From: an uncultured Candidatus Poseidoniales archaeon
GTDB lineage: Archaea; Thermoplasmatota; Poseidoniia; Poseidoniales; Poseidoniaceae
Assembly (NCBI GenBank): GCA_905182125.1
Contig: CAJJAV010000026.1
Location: 18,194 to 82,193 of the forward strand
Length of the DNA stretch: 64,000 nt
Direction: 5' to 3'
Below the pieces are notes generated by a model. It made no database searches. It was not told the origin of the DNA and saw only the letters and a list, made by a program, of their open reading frames with translations. Every line of letters begins with the position of its first letter. The first letter of the stretch is position 1. A program made the translations under genes and the position numbers. Positions 10,260 through 20,030 of this stretch are shown here, in pieces.

Positions 10260-11186
10260 ATGGATGAACAGCAAGTAGAAGATATCGTGAAGTGCGGCGA
10301 CTGCGGAAGTCGTAATTTAACCCGTGACGAAACCCGCGGTGAAGTGGTCTGTGAAGACTGCGGTCTGGTGCTGGAAGACAACGTCATCGACCAAGGCGCC
10401 GAATGGCGTGTTTTCTCCCCAGAACAAGGCGATCAAAGAGCACGAACTGGTGCTCCAATGACCGTTATGCTCCACGACAAAGGATTGTCAACGGACATCG
10501 ACTGGCAGAACAAAGACTACTCTGGAAAGACCATCAACTCCCGATACCGATCTCAGTTTTACCGCATGAGGAAATGGCAGAAGCGAAGCCGTGTCAGCAA
10601 TGCTACCGAGCGAAACTTGGCCATGGCTTTGGCTGAACTCGATCGAATGGCCAGCCGCCTCGAACTTCCAAAGTCTGTTCGTGAAGCAGCAGCTGTGAAT
10701 TACAAGAAAGCGGTCGACAAGCGTTTGATTCGTGGCCGTTCAATCGAAGGTGTCGCTGCGGCATCTCTGTACGCAGCTTGCCGCCAATGTGGTGTACCAC
10801 GTACACTCGATGAAATCGGACAAGCCTCGAGGACCGGGCGCAAGGAAATCGGACGTACCTATCGTTTCATGGTCCGAGAACTCAAGATGAAAATCATGCC
10901 AACTGGGCCTGAGGATTACATCTCCCGGTTCTGTTCAGGCTTAGGCTTGGATGCAGAAGTGGAAGCAAAAGCCTACGAATTGATCAAGGCAGCTCAAGAA
11001 AAGGAATTGACGAGCGGCCGTGGACCAACGGGAATTGCAGCCTCCATCATCTACATCGCTTCCGTACTCTGTGGCAAGCGCCGCACTCAACGTGAAGTCG
11101 CAGAAGTCGCAGGTGTCACAGAAGTGACCATTCGAAATCGATACAAGGAACTGATTCAGAACCTGAACATCGAACTCGATATTTGA
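10260..11186 (+). CDS. tfb: Transcription initiation factor IIB (TFB)
   Basis: N-terminal Zn ribbon CGDCGS...CEDCG. Two cyclin-fold repeats: [28 protein letters not shown] and [46 protein letters not shown]. Confidence 0.95.
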   Translation: MDEQQVEDIVKCGDCGSRNLTRDETRGEVVCEDCGLVLEDNVIDQGAEWRVFSPEQGDQRARTGAPMTVMLHDKGLSTDIDWQNKDYSGKTINSRYRSQFYRMRKWQKRSRVSNATERNLAMALAELDRMASRLELPKSVREAAAVNYKKAVDKRLIRGRSIEGVAAASLYAACRQCGVPRTLDEIGQASRTGRKEIGRTYRFMVRELKMKIMPTGPEDYISRFCSGLGLDAEVEAKAYELIKAAQEKELTSGRGPTGIAASIIYIASVLCGKRRTQREVAEVAGVTEVTIRNRYKELIQNLNIELDI

Positions 11187-11222
11187 GCAGTATGCAAACC
11201 GCTCTGAACTGGAGGGTAGAGT

Positions 11223-12686
11223 ATGAGTAAACCACGCAATCAATTGTCTGAAGTTACGTTTGAAGCAGTTGCCCAAGGGCTGACTGCAGCGCTTGAGCGT
11301 GGCACACAATCATGGCCATTGCCAGCACCTCCGATTTCCGATCCGGACTTCCCGCCTCTTCCACCCAAGTCCCCCCAATCATTGATTGATCAGGCCACAG
11401 GATTGCTTCAGGTCGATCGAGGTATGTTTGAACGCAACCTCAACACGGTTGTCGACTTGATTGTCCCTCACCGGATGAACCTCAGCGACGACCCGTACGA
11501 AGTCCATGAACGGTGGTTGAAAAAGCGAGTTCCGCAAGTTGCAGAACGCCTTCTGTTCGCCATCGCCACCGATTGGCTTTCTCAAGCCTTCGATCAGCAA
11601 GCACCCAACGTCGATCGCTGGTGGCTCGCTGTTGCTCTGGTCAACGGTCTTTCGACAATGCCACGAGGACAATCCGTCCACCAAGGCTACCATTTGGTGG
11701 AATCAATCGCTCTCGCTGAGCGCCCCGGTACCTGGCACACACAACCAGAAACCGGTCCTCATCAAATGGAATGGAACCCCCATGCATTCCTCCCCCGACA
11801 AGGTGGAGTTGTTGCACACGATGTCGGTGTTGAAGCCGCAGTATGGCTGCTCACTCGATTGGAAAATGGTCCGCTTGAACGGCGCCTTCTGCTCATGGAA
11901 TGGACGCGACTTCTGCTCCAACGACCGAACCTCATCGAGCCGCTTGGCATCGATCAAATCCTCATGCGTCGCGCACTTGACCCCGAAGAAGAAGTTGCTT
12001 CGAGGGTTTGCCTCTGTCTGGCCAAGGCCATCGAATACGACCGCGATGTTGGCCTTGCTCTTGCACAACGCCTTCACACCAGAACTGAGATTTTGATTCG
12101 CCGAGGTATGGCCGATGTCCTTACTCGTTTGTTCCGAAGGCTCACATGGGATGCAGTGCCGTTCCTCGAAGCCATGCTCGAGGATGAAGACGAAGGGGTT
12201 CTTGCTGCAGCAAGCTCCACAGTAGGCGATTTGCGTTTCCTCGATGTTGAGAAGTGGGCTGATACGATGGCCGAATTATCCAAGCACCCATTGCCTGTTG
12301 TTCGTCGAAACCTCGTTCCTTTCTTACGTGATTATCTCGAGCAATTCTCAGATGATCAACGGGGAATTCTCCCCATGCTCTGGGTTGACGGTGACGAAGT
12401 TGTTCGCTCCAGAATGCGTGAACTGTTGTTGCGAATGGAAGAGGTAGCGCCCGATCATTTCGCCGCTCGCCTCGCTGATTTCACCCGTCAAGGTTGCGAC
12501 CTTGAATCTCTTTGGGCGCCTTTGGCAGTTCGCCGACCTGAACGATGTGAGGCTTGGCAGGCTTTCCTCAAAGGCGATGGCGAGCAACCCAAACTCCCAG
12601 AACGTCCGCCACCAGCGGACAATGTTCTCGATGACGACATTGCCGCAAACGGCGAAGTCGATCAGGAACTCGGTTTCTTAGATTGA
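11223..12686 (+). CDS. Hypothetical protein, alpha-helical (HEAT/ARM-like repeats in the C-terminal half)
   Basis: 487-aa ORF 37 nt downstream of tfb, preceded by GGAGGG. Helical repeat-like segments (e.g. EDEDEGVLAAASSTVGDL, HPLPVVRRNLVPFLRDYL). No catalytic motif. Confidence 0.5.
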   Translation: MSKPRNQLSEVTFEAVAQGLTAALERGTQSWPLPAPPISDPDFPPLPPKSPQSLIDQATGLLQVDRGMFERNLNTVVDLIVPHRMNLSDDPYEVHERWLKKRVPQVAERLLFAIATDWLSQAFDQQAPNVDRWWLAVALVNGLSTMPRGQSVHQGYHLVESIALAERPGTWHTQPETGPHQMEWNPHAFLPRQGGVVAHDVGVEAAVWLLTRLENGPLERRLLLMEWTRLLLQRPNLIEPLGIDQILMRRALDPEEEVASRVCLCLAKAIEYDRDVGLALAQRLHTRTEILIRRGMADVLTRLFRRLTWDAVPFLEAMLEDEDEGVLAAASSTVGDLRFLDVEKWADTMAELSKHPLPVVRRNLVPFLRDYLEQFSDDQRGILPMLWVDGDEVVRSRMRELLLRMEEVAPDHFAARLADFTRQGCDLESLWAPLAVRRPERCEAWQAFLKGDGEQPKLPERPPPADNVLDDDIAANGEVDQELGFLD

Positions 12687-12688
12687 AC

Positions 12689-13108
12689 CTATTCTTCTTC
12701 GTGAAGGCGAAAGGGTCCTTGAACAACAAGTCCGACATAGACGCCGTTCAGCACCACCAGGCATCCGATTAGGGTCACCAACAAGCCGGTTGGTTCAGGG
12801 AGATGAGCGTCGTATTCCAACCATGTAACGAGTTTGACCACCAGTAAGCAGGCAAGTCCGAACAGCACAACATTGATCCAACTCTGTTGAGGATTTTTCC
12901 AGCGGTCCATGGTTGGTGCAACCCCGTTGAGGTCGAAGGTGTACCGGAACCAGGCGAGGTACAAGCAGACCAAACCACACAAGCCCAACACCCCTCTCGA
13001 AAAAGAAGGCGAATCCCATGGACCAGGCGGCGCAATGTCGGCAAAGCCCTGAGCGATGCCGAGCACGCCAAGAACGGCGAGCCAACGCCACGGGTGAGTT
13101 CGGTCCAT
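12689..13108 (-). CDS. Hypothetical small integral membrane protein (4 predicted TM helices)
   Basis: Start set to ATG 13108 (MDRTHPWRWLAVLGVLG). The longer ORF would overlap the divergent galU-like gene. Confidence 0.45.
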   Translation of the reverse strand: MDRTHPWRWLAVLGVLGIAQGFADIAPPGPWDSPSFSRGVLGLCGLVCLYLAWFRYTFDLNGVAPTMDRWKNPQQSWINVVLFGLACLLVVKLVTWLEYDAHLPEPTGLLVTLIGCLVVLNGVYVGLVVQGPFRLHEEE

Positions 13109-13161
13109 GACCTGACGAGGAAGGGCCACGCTTGAAAGCCTGTGCCATCCACCGTGTTGCC

Positions 13162-14025
13162 ATGGCGGCAATTCAAGACGCACTCTTGGTGGCTGGTGGT
13201 CTTGGCACTCGAATGCTTCCAACAAGCGCTTCTGTGCCAAAAGAAGCCCTGCCACTTGTCGATGTTCCGGCTTTGGTCCATCTCGCCCGAGAAGCAAAGG
13301 CTGCAGGCGTTCAACGCTTGCACATTGTCACATCACCGCGCAAGGATCTCTCGAACCTTCTTGCCGATCATACCTGGCTAAGTGACAAACGCCCAGACCT
13401 CGATTCTACCTTGTTGGCGCCTTTTGCCGATGTTGAGGTCCATATTCATGTGCAGAAACACCCTCTTGGCCTTGGCAACGCAATTCAAAGTGCGCTTCAT
13501 GCCATCCACGGCCCCTTCCTTGTCTTGTTGGGCGACAATTTGTTGATTGATACGCATTCGACGCTTGAAGACTTTGTTCCATCGCAAGCCAGCGCTGCCC
13601 TGGTGGCGTCCTTCGAACAGCATGGCCGTCCATGCGCTGCACTTTTGCCAGTTGAAGCGGATGAAGTGTGCAACTATGGCGTGGTTCGCCTTGAAGACTC
13701 AAAGATAATCGAAATCGTTGAGAAACCGAAGGTTGGCCAAGCGCCGTCAAACCTCGTGTTGTGTGGACGCTATGTGTTTACCGCAGACACATCCGCTCTG
13801 TTGGAAGTCTACAATGTCGAAACCCACGGTGAATTACAATCCATCGCCCTCCAACAACATTGGATGGCCAACGGCGGCATGTTTGGGGTTGAATTGGATG
13901 GTTACCAATGGTATGATTCCGGGAAACCTCTCCCTTGGCTGAAGGCACAAGTCGACCATGCACTGCGTCGTGGCGACCTGGAGCCAGAATTCCGTGCTTG
14001 GCTGATTGAACGCCTCAACACGTGA
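13162..14025 (+). CDS. galU: UTP--glucose-1-phosphate uridylyltransferase-like sugar nucleotidyltransferase
   Basis: N-terminal motif LVAGGLGTRMLPTSASVPKEALPLVD, and VEKPKVGQAPSNLVLCGRYVF. Start at internal ATG (MAAIQDALL). Confidence 0.75.
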   Translation: MAAIQDALLVAGGLGTRMLPTSASVPKEALPLVDVPALVHLAREAKAAGVQRLHIVTSPRKDLSNLLADHTWLSDKRPDLDSTLLAPFADVEVHIHVQKHPLGLGNAIQSALHAIHGPFLVLLGDNLLIDTHSTLEDFVPSQASAALVASFEQHGRPCAALLPVEADEVCNYGVVRLEDSKIIEIVEKPKVGQAPSNLVLCGRYVFTADTSALLEVYNVETHGELQSIALQQHWMANGGMFGVELDGYQWYDSGKPLPWLKAQVDHALRRGDLEPEFRAWLIERLNT

Positions 14026-14571
14026 TCAACGCTGTCCAGGTTTCCAGAACGACAAAGGCGCTGGGTTCTCATTGTTCGCTTTTCGCAATGCCAAATGATC
14101 GGCTCGTTCATTCCAGCGATGGCCTCTATGTGCCCGAACATGCTCCCAGGACAACGGGCGTAGCAAACTCACTGTGGTCCAGAGTTCCTGAACATGAGCC
14201 ACCAATGCTCTGTTTGCTTTTGCCTTCCATGCTCCTGAAGCAAGGTTGCCCGCGTATTGCGAGTCAGCTCGAATGATTGCCTCATCGCCCCCACCTTCGG
14301 TGAGAAGCCAACGAAGTGCTTCGGCAATGGCGGTTAATTCGGCCGTGTTGTTTGAACCAACTTCTGCTCCGATGAAGTTCGGTTCATCGCTTCGAGTGAT
14401 GACGTGGCCAGCAAACTCCTCGACCAGCGACCCGGTTCCTCGACCGAGTCCAGTGTCACCGGTGATGACGACGACGGCCCAAGCGGCAGGCGTATCGGCA
14501 TCGACGTTCTGGTTGCCCAAACATGATCCATCAACGTAGATGGTCCACGGGGCAGAGGACAAGAGGTTCAC
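14026..14571 (-). CDS. rnhA: Ribonuclease HI
   Basis: DEDD residues in IYVDGSC, NNTAELTAIAEAL, IRADSQY and HRWNERADHLA. Confidence 0.85.
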   Translation of the reverse strand: MNLLSSAPWTIYVDGSCLGNQNVDADTPAAWAVVVITGDTGLGRGTGSLVEEFAGHVITRSDEPNFIGAEVGSNNTAELTAIAEALRWLLTEGGGDEAIIRADSQYAGNLASGAWKAKANRALVAHVQELWTTVSLLRPLSWEHVRAHRGHRWNERADHLALRKANNENPAPLSFWKPGQR

Positions 14572-14951
14572 TCGCCGATTTCTGCCTTGTAATCTGCCGC
14601 GCTCATCATTCCTGTGATGGCTTCTGGCGTGTCTAATTTCATTCGAATGATCCAGCCTTCGCCGTAGGGGTCGGTGTTCATCAATTCAGGTGCGTCTTCT
14701 AATGCATCGTTCACCGCGACAATTTTTCCAGCGAGTGGAGCGAAAATTGGTGATGCGGATTTTACAGATTCGACAATAGCGAATTCGTCCATTTCGCCCA
14801 TAATTTCGTCTTCGCCAGGCAGTTCGATGTAGACGATATCGGTGAGTGCATCTTGTGCGTGGTCGGTGATACCGATGACAATTTCATCGCCTTCGACCCT
14901 CATCCATTCGTGCTCTTTTGTGTAGTACAGTTCTTCTGGAATTAGACTCAT
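14568..14951 (-). CDS. gcvH: Glycine cleavage system protein H (lipoyl carrier)
   Basis: YTKEHEWMRVEGD, IGITDHAQDALTDIVYIELP, lipoyl-lysine segment VESVKSASPIFAP, and DPYGEGW. Start at ATG 14951 (MSLIPEEL). Confidence 0.9.
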   Translation of the reverse strand: MSLIPEELYYTKEHEWMRVEGDEIVIGITDHAQDALTDIVYIELPGEDEIMGEMDEFAIVESVKSASPIFAPLAGKIVAVNDALEDAPELMNTDPYGEGWIIRMKLDTPEAITGMMSAADYKAEIGE

Positions 14952-15038
14952 TGCTTTCGACCCGATTTGATGCATGTGGTCGCCTTAGATGAAGGCACCG
15001 CTTATGATGGGCCACAGAAACCTTCAGAAGGCCAATGT

Positions 15039-15380
15039 TCATTCTTCTTCAGACAATTCGTCTTCCAAGATGTTTGCTTCAAGCACAGCCCATGCAGAAC
15101 CAACGCTCGCATCTTTGATTGAAGTGTTGATGTCATCCTTGACTCGAACGGCGAGTTCACTTGGTGTCTCATCGGGAAAGACTGCAGAAAGAGGCCCATT
15201 TCCCTTGGTTAGGCTTTGAGCAAGCCCGAGAAGAATCAAACCAACCAAGGCGAAAACCCAACCGATGTTGATTTCATCGATCGTCATCCGCTCTTCCATG
15301 AGGCCAAAGCCTGCGACGAGCAACAAGCCTACGCCTGTCCCAAACAACAACTTGGTTGCGGCATCGGATGGTTTAGCCAT
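15039..15380 (-). CDS. Hypothetical small membrane protein (2 TM helices, acidic C-terminus)
   Basis: Helices LLFGTGVGLLLVAGFGL and WVFALVGLILLGLA. Tail ends in EDELSEEE. Confidence 0.45.
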   Translation of the reverse strand: MAKPSDAATKLLFGTGVGLLLVAGFGLMEERMTIDEINIGWVFALVGLILLGLAQSLTKGNGPLSAVFPDETPSELAVRVKDDINTSIKDASVGSAWAVLEANILEDELSEEE

Positions 15381-15445
15381 GACGTATGCACGGAGGGTTC
15401 ACGGATGAAACCAGCGGCTTGCTGAGATTGAGTTGAATGAAAACC

Positions 15446-16027
15446 TCAGTAGGTTTCTCGCATCAACTTGTGAATCTTGTAAGGGAGCAAAGCTCGGTTG
15501 ACGGGGGTCACTTCGAGGATTCGTCCATCATCGCGCCGTCGAATGTCTTGCAGCAACGGGTGGCGGCTCTTTTTGTGGAGGGTAAGCAACGTAGGCTTGT
15601 CAATTTGGAGGGCGCTTCGTACAACAGCCACAAAGAGTTCACTTTCGACAGCAAACTTTCCAATTTCGTCGATCACGATGACTTCACACTCATCTCGAGC
15701 GTATTCGATGGCCGGGATTGCAATGCGTTCCAATGCTTCGGTATCAATACCGTAACCAAGCACCCGGAGGCGAGAATCGATGTTTTTGTGAGCCATGATG
15801 GCTTCTTCCTTGGTGACGATGTTGATGACCTTGTAACCCAAACGTTCGCTTCCCTCGAGAATCGGCATGGTTTGCATACCCCCAATGATTGGTGCGTCGC
15901 TCAAACTTCCTCGAACGCGAATTTCTCGTTCGCGCTCGTCGACAAGCATTTTGAGAACTTTTTCCATCACGGCAGATTTACCGCTGCGCGGCAAGCCGGT
16001 GATACCAATTTTTGGATGAATGCCCAC
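15446..16027 (-). CDS. Nucleoside-triphosphatase, THEP1/NTPCR family
   Basis: Walker A in IGITGLPRSGKS, Walker B-like VIVIDEIGKF. Size and layout are typical of the archaeal NTPase_1 family. Confidence 0.75.
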   Translation of the reverse strand: MGIHPKIGITGLPRSGKSAVMEKVLKMLVDEREREIRVRGSLSDAPIIGGMQTMPILEGSERLGYKVINIVTKEEAIMAHKNIDSRLRVLGYGIDTEALERIAIPAIEYARDECEVIVIDEIGKFAVESELFVAVVRSALQIDKPTLLTLHKKSRHPLLQDIRRRDDGRILEVTPVNRALLPYKIHKLMRETY

Positions 16028-16149
16028 AATATCACCTCAGTTAAACCCTGATGGTCGCACCAGTGGCTTGTCATAGATAAACCATGTTCTTCATGTTCTC
16101 CGCATAATGCACTTATAAATCCGGAAAAAAGAACCCAGAAAGTGACGGA

Positions 16150-18156
16150 TTAACGAATAAGGGGCAGTAATTCCGGAATTGTGCTGCCCAAATCAAGAGG
16201 TAACATTTCCAATTCGTAATTGTTGACGTTGTTGTTAGCAGACCACGAACGGGCCCATTCATCGAGGTCTTCATCGTTCAATAATTGGCACATCCATTGG
16301 AGGGCCGTTTCCAACGAACCATGAATCGAAACAAGACGTTCTTGAATATCAACATGAAGCTCAATGTGGTTGACACTGTTTCCGAGGACGCACCCAGCAG
16401 GGATCACGGCCCAGCGCAGACGTCGATCTTGGTGAGCGTTGACGATCGCCTGGCATGCAAGGCGGGGTCCGAACTTAGGATCGGCAGATCCGCACCACAT
16501 TGCGAGTTGTCGCTCATTGGCTCGAGATGGAATATCTGTTCGGAACGCAGGATGCCGGACAAACACGGCTCCGTCAGCATCTTCAGAGAAGTGAACACCA
16601 CGGATGAAAGGCCGAGAGGTTCGCCCTTTGACCCATGTTTCGATGCTCTTCGAATGTGCAGTTTGGTCGATTTCGCCAACACGAACTCGAACGGTATGGC
16701 CGTTGGTGGCCAGGGCGTGCTGTGCGTCACCAAGGCGTGGGAGGAGTGCGAGGCGGTCCAACACTGCCAGCGTCTGTTTTCGTTCCACTCGGTCCCTCGG
16801 CAATCGTGGAATTGCCCAGGTATCCTTTGCCCATGAGACCCATCGTTCAGTGGTCATTTCGAATGAGGGTACGCGGTTTGAGAGTCCTTTTTGGTCGCGG
16901 CGTAAATCGGCGCGACTGATCGGTCCGTGCATCAGCAATTGTTCAACCGCTTCTTTGGCGGTGATGCCGAGGACAGCGACGCCTTGGGTCATTCCGGGGA
17001 AGAGGTGGTTTGCTTCCTCGATGGCCCAAATATCAGACCAACCATGCTCCTCAACCAACAGGGTTCGCAGAGGGTGGGAGGATTGTTCTCGCAGGATGCT
17101 ATCGGGAGCAATCAAACGAAGGCGACCGCCCTTCTCAAGAATTTGTAGGCTTCGTTCAATGAATAAGCGATAGAGGTTTACGTTTCCTCTCATGGTCGAA
17201 AAGCGAGGCTTTCCGTCATCGCTGAGGGCGCGAAGATGCTCGCCCAGTTCTCGGCGGAGTTTACTTCCATCTTCCATGCCTCTAAATCGATCTTTAATTC
17301 GAAGCCATGGAGGGTTGGTGACGACAAGTTGAGGGGCAACGTCCCAAGGCCACAGACCCTGAAGCGTGTCGCCTTTCTGCACGGCATGTTCGAGCAAGCG
17401 TTCTGCTTCTTCGCGAGGAAGGCAGCCTGGTTTGTCGGTTTTGAGACTGACCAACCCGAAGCGAATGCATTCGAGAAGCAAACGGCGACGTGTCGAAGCA
17501 ACCACCAATTCATCGACGTCCAACAGCTGGAACGCCGAGAGCAACAAGCGTGTATCTTTGATTCTGCGTTCTTCAGTGCTGTCTTCATGGTGTTCGGAAT
17601 GGCGACGAATCAAGCGAGCATGGAAGATACCGCCACCGCATGAGGTGTCAGCGATGGGCAATGGGATACCACTCAATGTGCGTCGGCCTTCTTGGACCCG
17701 CTTCAATTCAATCTCATCATCGATCTCAGTCTCTTGACTGTGTTGTGGGAGGTTCAACTTCTCAATGTGCTGGCGGAAGCCTGGAGGAAGGTTGCTGAGG
17801 TGCATGGTCGAGGACTTGACCGGTGTTTTAGGGCGAGTGAGACTTTCTAACAATTCTGATGCAATGACTGCGTCAGCTAAGCGGGGAGGTGTGGGATGGG
17901 CTCCACGAGGGGAGCGTCCATCAGTTTCAGCATCGTGACGTGCGAGGAGGTGATCGAGAACATGACCAGGGTCGGTCAACAAATTGGCTGGAAGGGTCGG
18001 CCAATCTTCTGGTAAGAGCGCTGCTATTGGTTGGTGGACACGAAGAGATTGCTCCCAGGCCTGAAGCCAGATTTCAATCTGTTCAGGACGGTTTTCGAGG
18101 CATCGGTCCAACCGAGCATACCATCCACTTACTCCGCTTTGCACAACCCCACCCAT
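16150..18156 (-). CDS. N6-adenine DNA methyltransferase, gamma-class (Eco57I/TaqI-like) with long C-terminal putative target-recognition region; no partner endonuclease seen
   Basis: Motif X-like GAHPTPPRLADAVI, motif I DTSCGGGIF, motif IV VVTNPPW. ATG at 18156 preferred. An alternative TTG start at 18219 would add 21 aa. Confidence 0.75.
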   Translation of the reverse strand: MGGVVQSGVSGWYARLDRCLENRPEQIEIWLQAWEQSLRVHQPIAALLPEDWPTLPANLLTDPGHVLDHLLARHDAETDGRSPRGAHPTPPRLADAVIASELLESLTRPKTPVKSSTMHLSNLPPGFRQHIEKLNLPQHSQETEIDDEIELKRVQEGRRTLSGIPLPIADTSCGGGIFHARLIRRHSEHHEDSTEERRIKDTRLLLSAFQLLDVDELVVASTRRRLLLECIRFGLVSLKTDKPGCLPREEAERLLEHAVQKGDTLQGLWPWDVAPQLVVTNPPWLRIKDRFRGMEDGSKLRRELGEHLRALSDDGKPRFSTMRGNVNLYRLFIERSLQILEKGGRLRLIAPDSILREQSSHPLRTLLVEEHGWSDIWAIEEANHLFPGMTQGVAVLGITAKEAVEQLLMHGPISRADLRRDQKGLSNRVPSFEMTTERWVSWAKDTWAIPRLPRDRVERKQTLAVLDRLALLPRLGDAQHALATNGHTVRVRVGEIDQTAHSKSIETWVKGRTSRPFIRGVHFSEDADGAVFVRHPAFRTDIPSRANERQLAMWCGSADPKFGPRLACQAIVNAHQDRRLRWAVIPAGCVLGNSVNHIELHVDIQERLVSIHGSLETALQWMCQLLNDEDLDEWARSWSANNNVNNYELEMLPLDLGSTIPELLPLIR

Positions 18157-18233
18157 CTTGGCCGGTTGGTCCAATTGTTTTGAATGTGACCCTTGGAAGA
18201 ATGGTCCAAAAACGAGCAAATTAGAGGGGTAGG

Positions 18234-18659
18234 TTAAACCAGTTTGAGGTGCTCAAAACTTTGTTTATGCCATTCCCATCCTGCTTTTGTCCACTCAAAT
18301 AAAGCGGACAAGTCGGCTTTTTTTACACCAGCCGATTTTGCGATTTGTTTTAGAATCTTAATTTCCTCCGAATCGTATTCTCCATCGACGGCGGCCACGA
18401 GGATTGCATCGCGGAGGGCGATTTTGAGCACGATTGGCGAGAGTCGTTCCATCACCAAATTTAATTTCGGAGGGGTTTCAAGCATGTTTCGCAAATCAAC
18501 CCGCATCTCGGGATGCATCATGCACCGTCCCATAAGCGCCTCAATGATCGCTAGTTCTTCTTTGACCAAAGCACCGTCAGCCGATGCGACAATGATCATA
18601 ATTTGTGCATACCCTTGTGCTTCATCGGGCGTAAAATCAACCGTGAGGTCGACGTACAC
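18234..18659 (-). CDS. TerB-family (tellurite-resistance TerB/DjlA-N-like) protein, paralog 2
   Basis: Two TerB signature segments, VASADGALVKEELAIIEAL and VAAVDGEYDSEEIKILKQIAKSAG. GTG start 6 nt after the stop of paralog 1. Confidence 0.7.
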   Translation of the reverse strand: MYVDLTVDFTPDEAQGYAQIMIIVASADGALVKEELAIIEALMGRCMMHPEMRVDLRNMLETPPKLNLVMERLSPIVLKIALRDAILVAAVDGEYDSEEIKILKQIAKSAGVKKADLSALFEWTKAGWEWHKQSFEHLKLV

Positions 18660-18665
18660 ATTGGT

Positions 18666-19097
18666 TCACTCCGAGAGTGTGTTGAGGAGGTCGAAACCTT
18701 CCTGCATCCATAGGGCGCCCTTAACGGTCCAATCTAACAAGCGCTCAACCGAGTCTTCAGCCAAACCGAGGTGCTCGACAATCGATTGTAAAACAGCACG
18801 CTCATCTTCGTCGACCGTACCATCTGCTGCAGCCATAAGGGTCGCATCTCGAAGTGCCAATCGGCCAGCTTCAGCACCCAAGCCACTGAGGCACTCTTCC
18901 AACGAAGGGGGGGTCTTCAATGCGGTTCGAATCATTTCACGTTGCTTTGGAGAAAGCAGGGCGGTGCCGAGACGCTGCTCGAACATTGCCATTTCATCGA
19001 TGGTGAGTTCGTTGTCAACCCGTGCCATAAAGGCAAGAAGACGTGCGTATGCGTAGCGTTCTTCACGAGGGAGTTTGTGAACTGTATCGGGGAGCAT
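18666..19097 (-). CDS. TerB-family protein, paralog 1
   Basis: MARVDNELTIDEMAMFEQRLG and MAAADGTVDEDERAVLQSIVEHLG. Colinear similarity to paralog 2 (L.TPP.L...ALRDA.L.AA.DG..D..E...L..I...G...L..WT..G..W). Confidence 0.7.
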   Translation of the reverse strand: MLPDTVHKLPREERYAYARLLAFMARVDNELTIDEMAMFEQRLGTALLSPKQREMIRTALKTPPSLEECLSGLGAEAGRLALRDATLMAAADGTVDEDERAVLQSIVEHLGLAEDSVERLLDWTVKGALWMQEGFDLLNTLSE

Positions 19098-19220
19098 GAT
19101 ACCTCGGTTGGCGACCTTACCTTAGAACCCAACGCCGTCAAAAGGCACAATCCTGTTTGTTTCCGATTGCATCAACGCCTCGGACAAGCCTTCATCAGCA
19201 ACGAGCTTCACCCTCGATTT

Positions 19221-19583
19221 ATGTACCCAAGCCTCAACGTGCTCGGCCAACCTCTCGATGACTGCTCTTGTGATCCTATGACTGGGTGGTACCGAGACGG
19301 TAAATGTAACACAGATGAGAACGACAGGAGCAGCCATACGGTGTGCTGCGTAGTTACCGAAGGCTTTCTTCAATTTGCTAGCAGTCAAGGCAATGACTTG
19401 GTCACACCAGCGCCTCAGCATGGGTTCCCTGGTCTGAAACCTGGCGATTCATGGTGTGTGTGCGCTCGAACTTGGCTTGCTGCAGTTAACGCTGGCTCAG
19501 CATGTCCATTGGACCTCGAAGCGACGCATGAAGCTGCGTTGGAAGTTATTTCTCTTGCACTGATGGAAACCCATGCAGTGTGA
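19221..19583 (+). CDS. DUF2237-family small Cys-rich protein
   Basis: NVLGQPLDDCSCDPMTGWYRDGKCNTDENDRSSHTVCCVVTEGFL...PGDSWCVCARTW matches my recollection of the conserved DUF2237 pattern. Start at ATG 19221. The 93-aa upstream extension is antisense to terB-1. Confidence 0.65.
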   Translation: MYPSLNVLGQPLDDCSCDPMTGWYRDGKCNTDENDRSSHTVCCVVTEGFLQFASSQGNDLVTPAPQHGFPGLKPGDSWCVCARTWLAAVNAGSACPLDLEATHEAALEVISLALMETHAV

Positions 19584-20030
19584 TCACTCTTCTTCCATTT
19601 TGGTGTATCCAAAGACAAACCATCGCATGCTGGCCCATGTGAAAAGGCCCCAAACAGCGATGTTGGCCAAAAACAGCAACCTGATGGGAACATCGTCGAG
19701 CAACACCAGCATTCCATCGAACGTCAAGGTCGAACCCATCATTCCAACTGCATAGACTGAAAGGGCGCCAAGGGCTGTTTTCTTGATGTTTCGCCGACCA
19801 TCGAAGGTAAAAACCCGGTGAACAAAGTGGGCGACAAAACTAGAGCAGACCCACGAAATCGACCAGAACAGGGTTTCGTTTGATTCAGCATAAAGGGGGC
19901 TAATTCGTAAGAGTTCCCAGATGACCCAGAAGAAAAAGGTGTTGAAGCCTCCAGCAATTCCAAACCGCTGAAGTGTACCACGGGGCAAAACTTCGGCTAT
20001 GCTTGGTTTTGACATGGATTCCCTCATCAA
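19584..20030 (-). CDS. GtrA-like membrane protein (polyisoprenol-linked sugar translocation family)
   Basis: Four TM helices. [19 protein letters not shown] and [11 protein letters not shown] resemble GtrA-family motifs. 4-nt overlap with the upstream dehydrogenase-like gene. Confidence 0.55.
   Translation of the reverse strand: MMRESMSKPSIAEVLPRGTLQRFGIAGGFNTFFFWVIWELLRISPLYAESNETLFWSISWVCSSFVAHFVHRVFTFDGRRNIKKTALGALSVYAVGMMGSTLTFDGMLVLLDDVPIRLLFLANIAVWGLFTWASMRWFVFGYTKMEEE

Noticed and set aside
15437-16051. 204-aa plus-strand ORF
   Set aside because: It is fully antisense to the well-supported THEP1-type NTPase gene (Walker A/B motifs on the minus strand). It has no motifs of its own and is a shadow ORF.
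18244-19056. 270-aa plus-strand ORF spanning both TerB genes
   Set aside because: Ser/Ala/Arg-rich low-complexity translation lying antisense to two genes with clear TerB signatures. It also crosses their intergenic gap, which a real gene would be unlikely to do.
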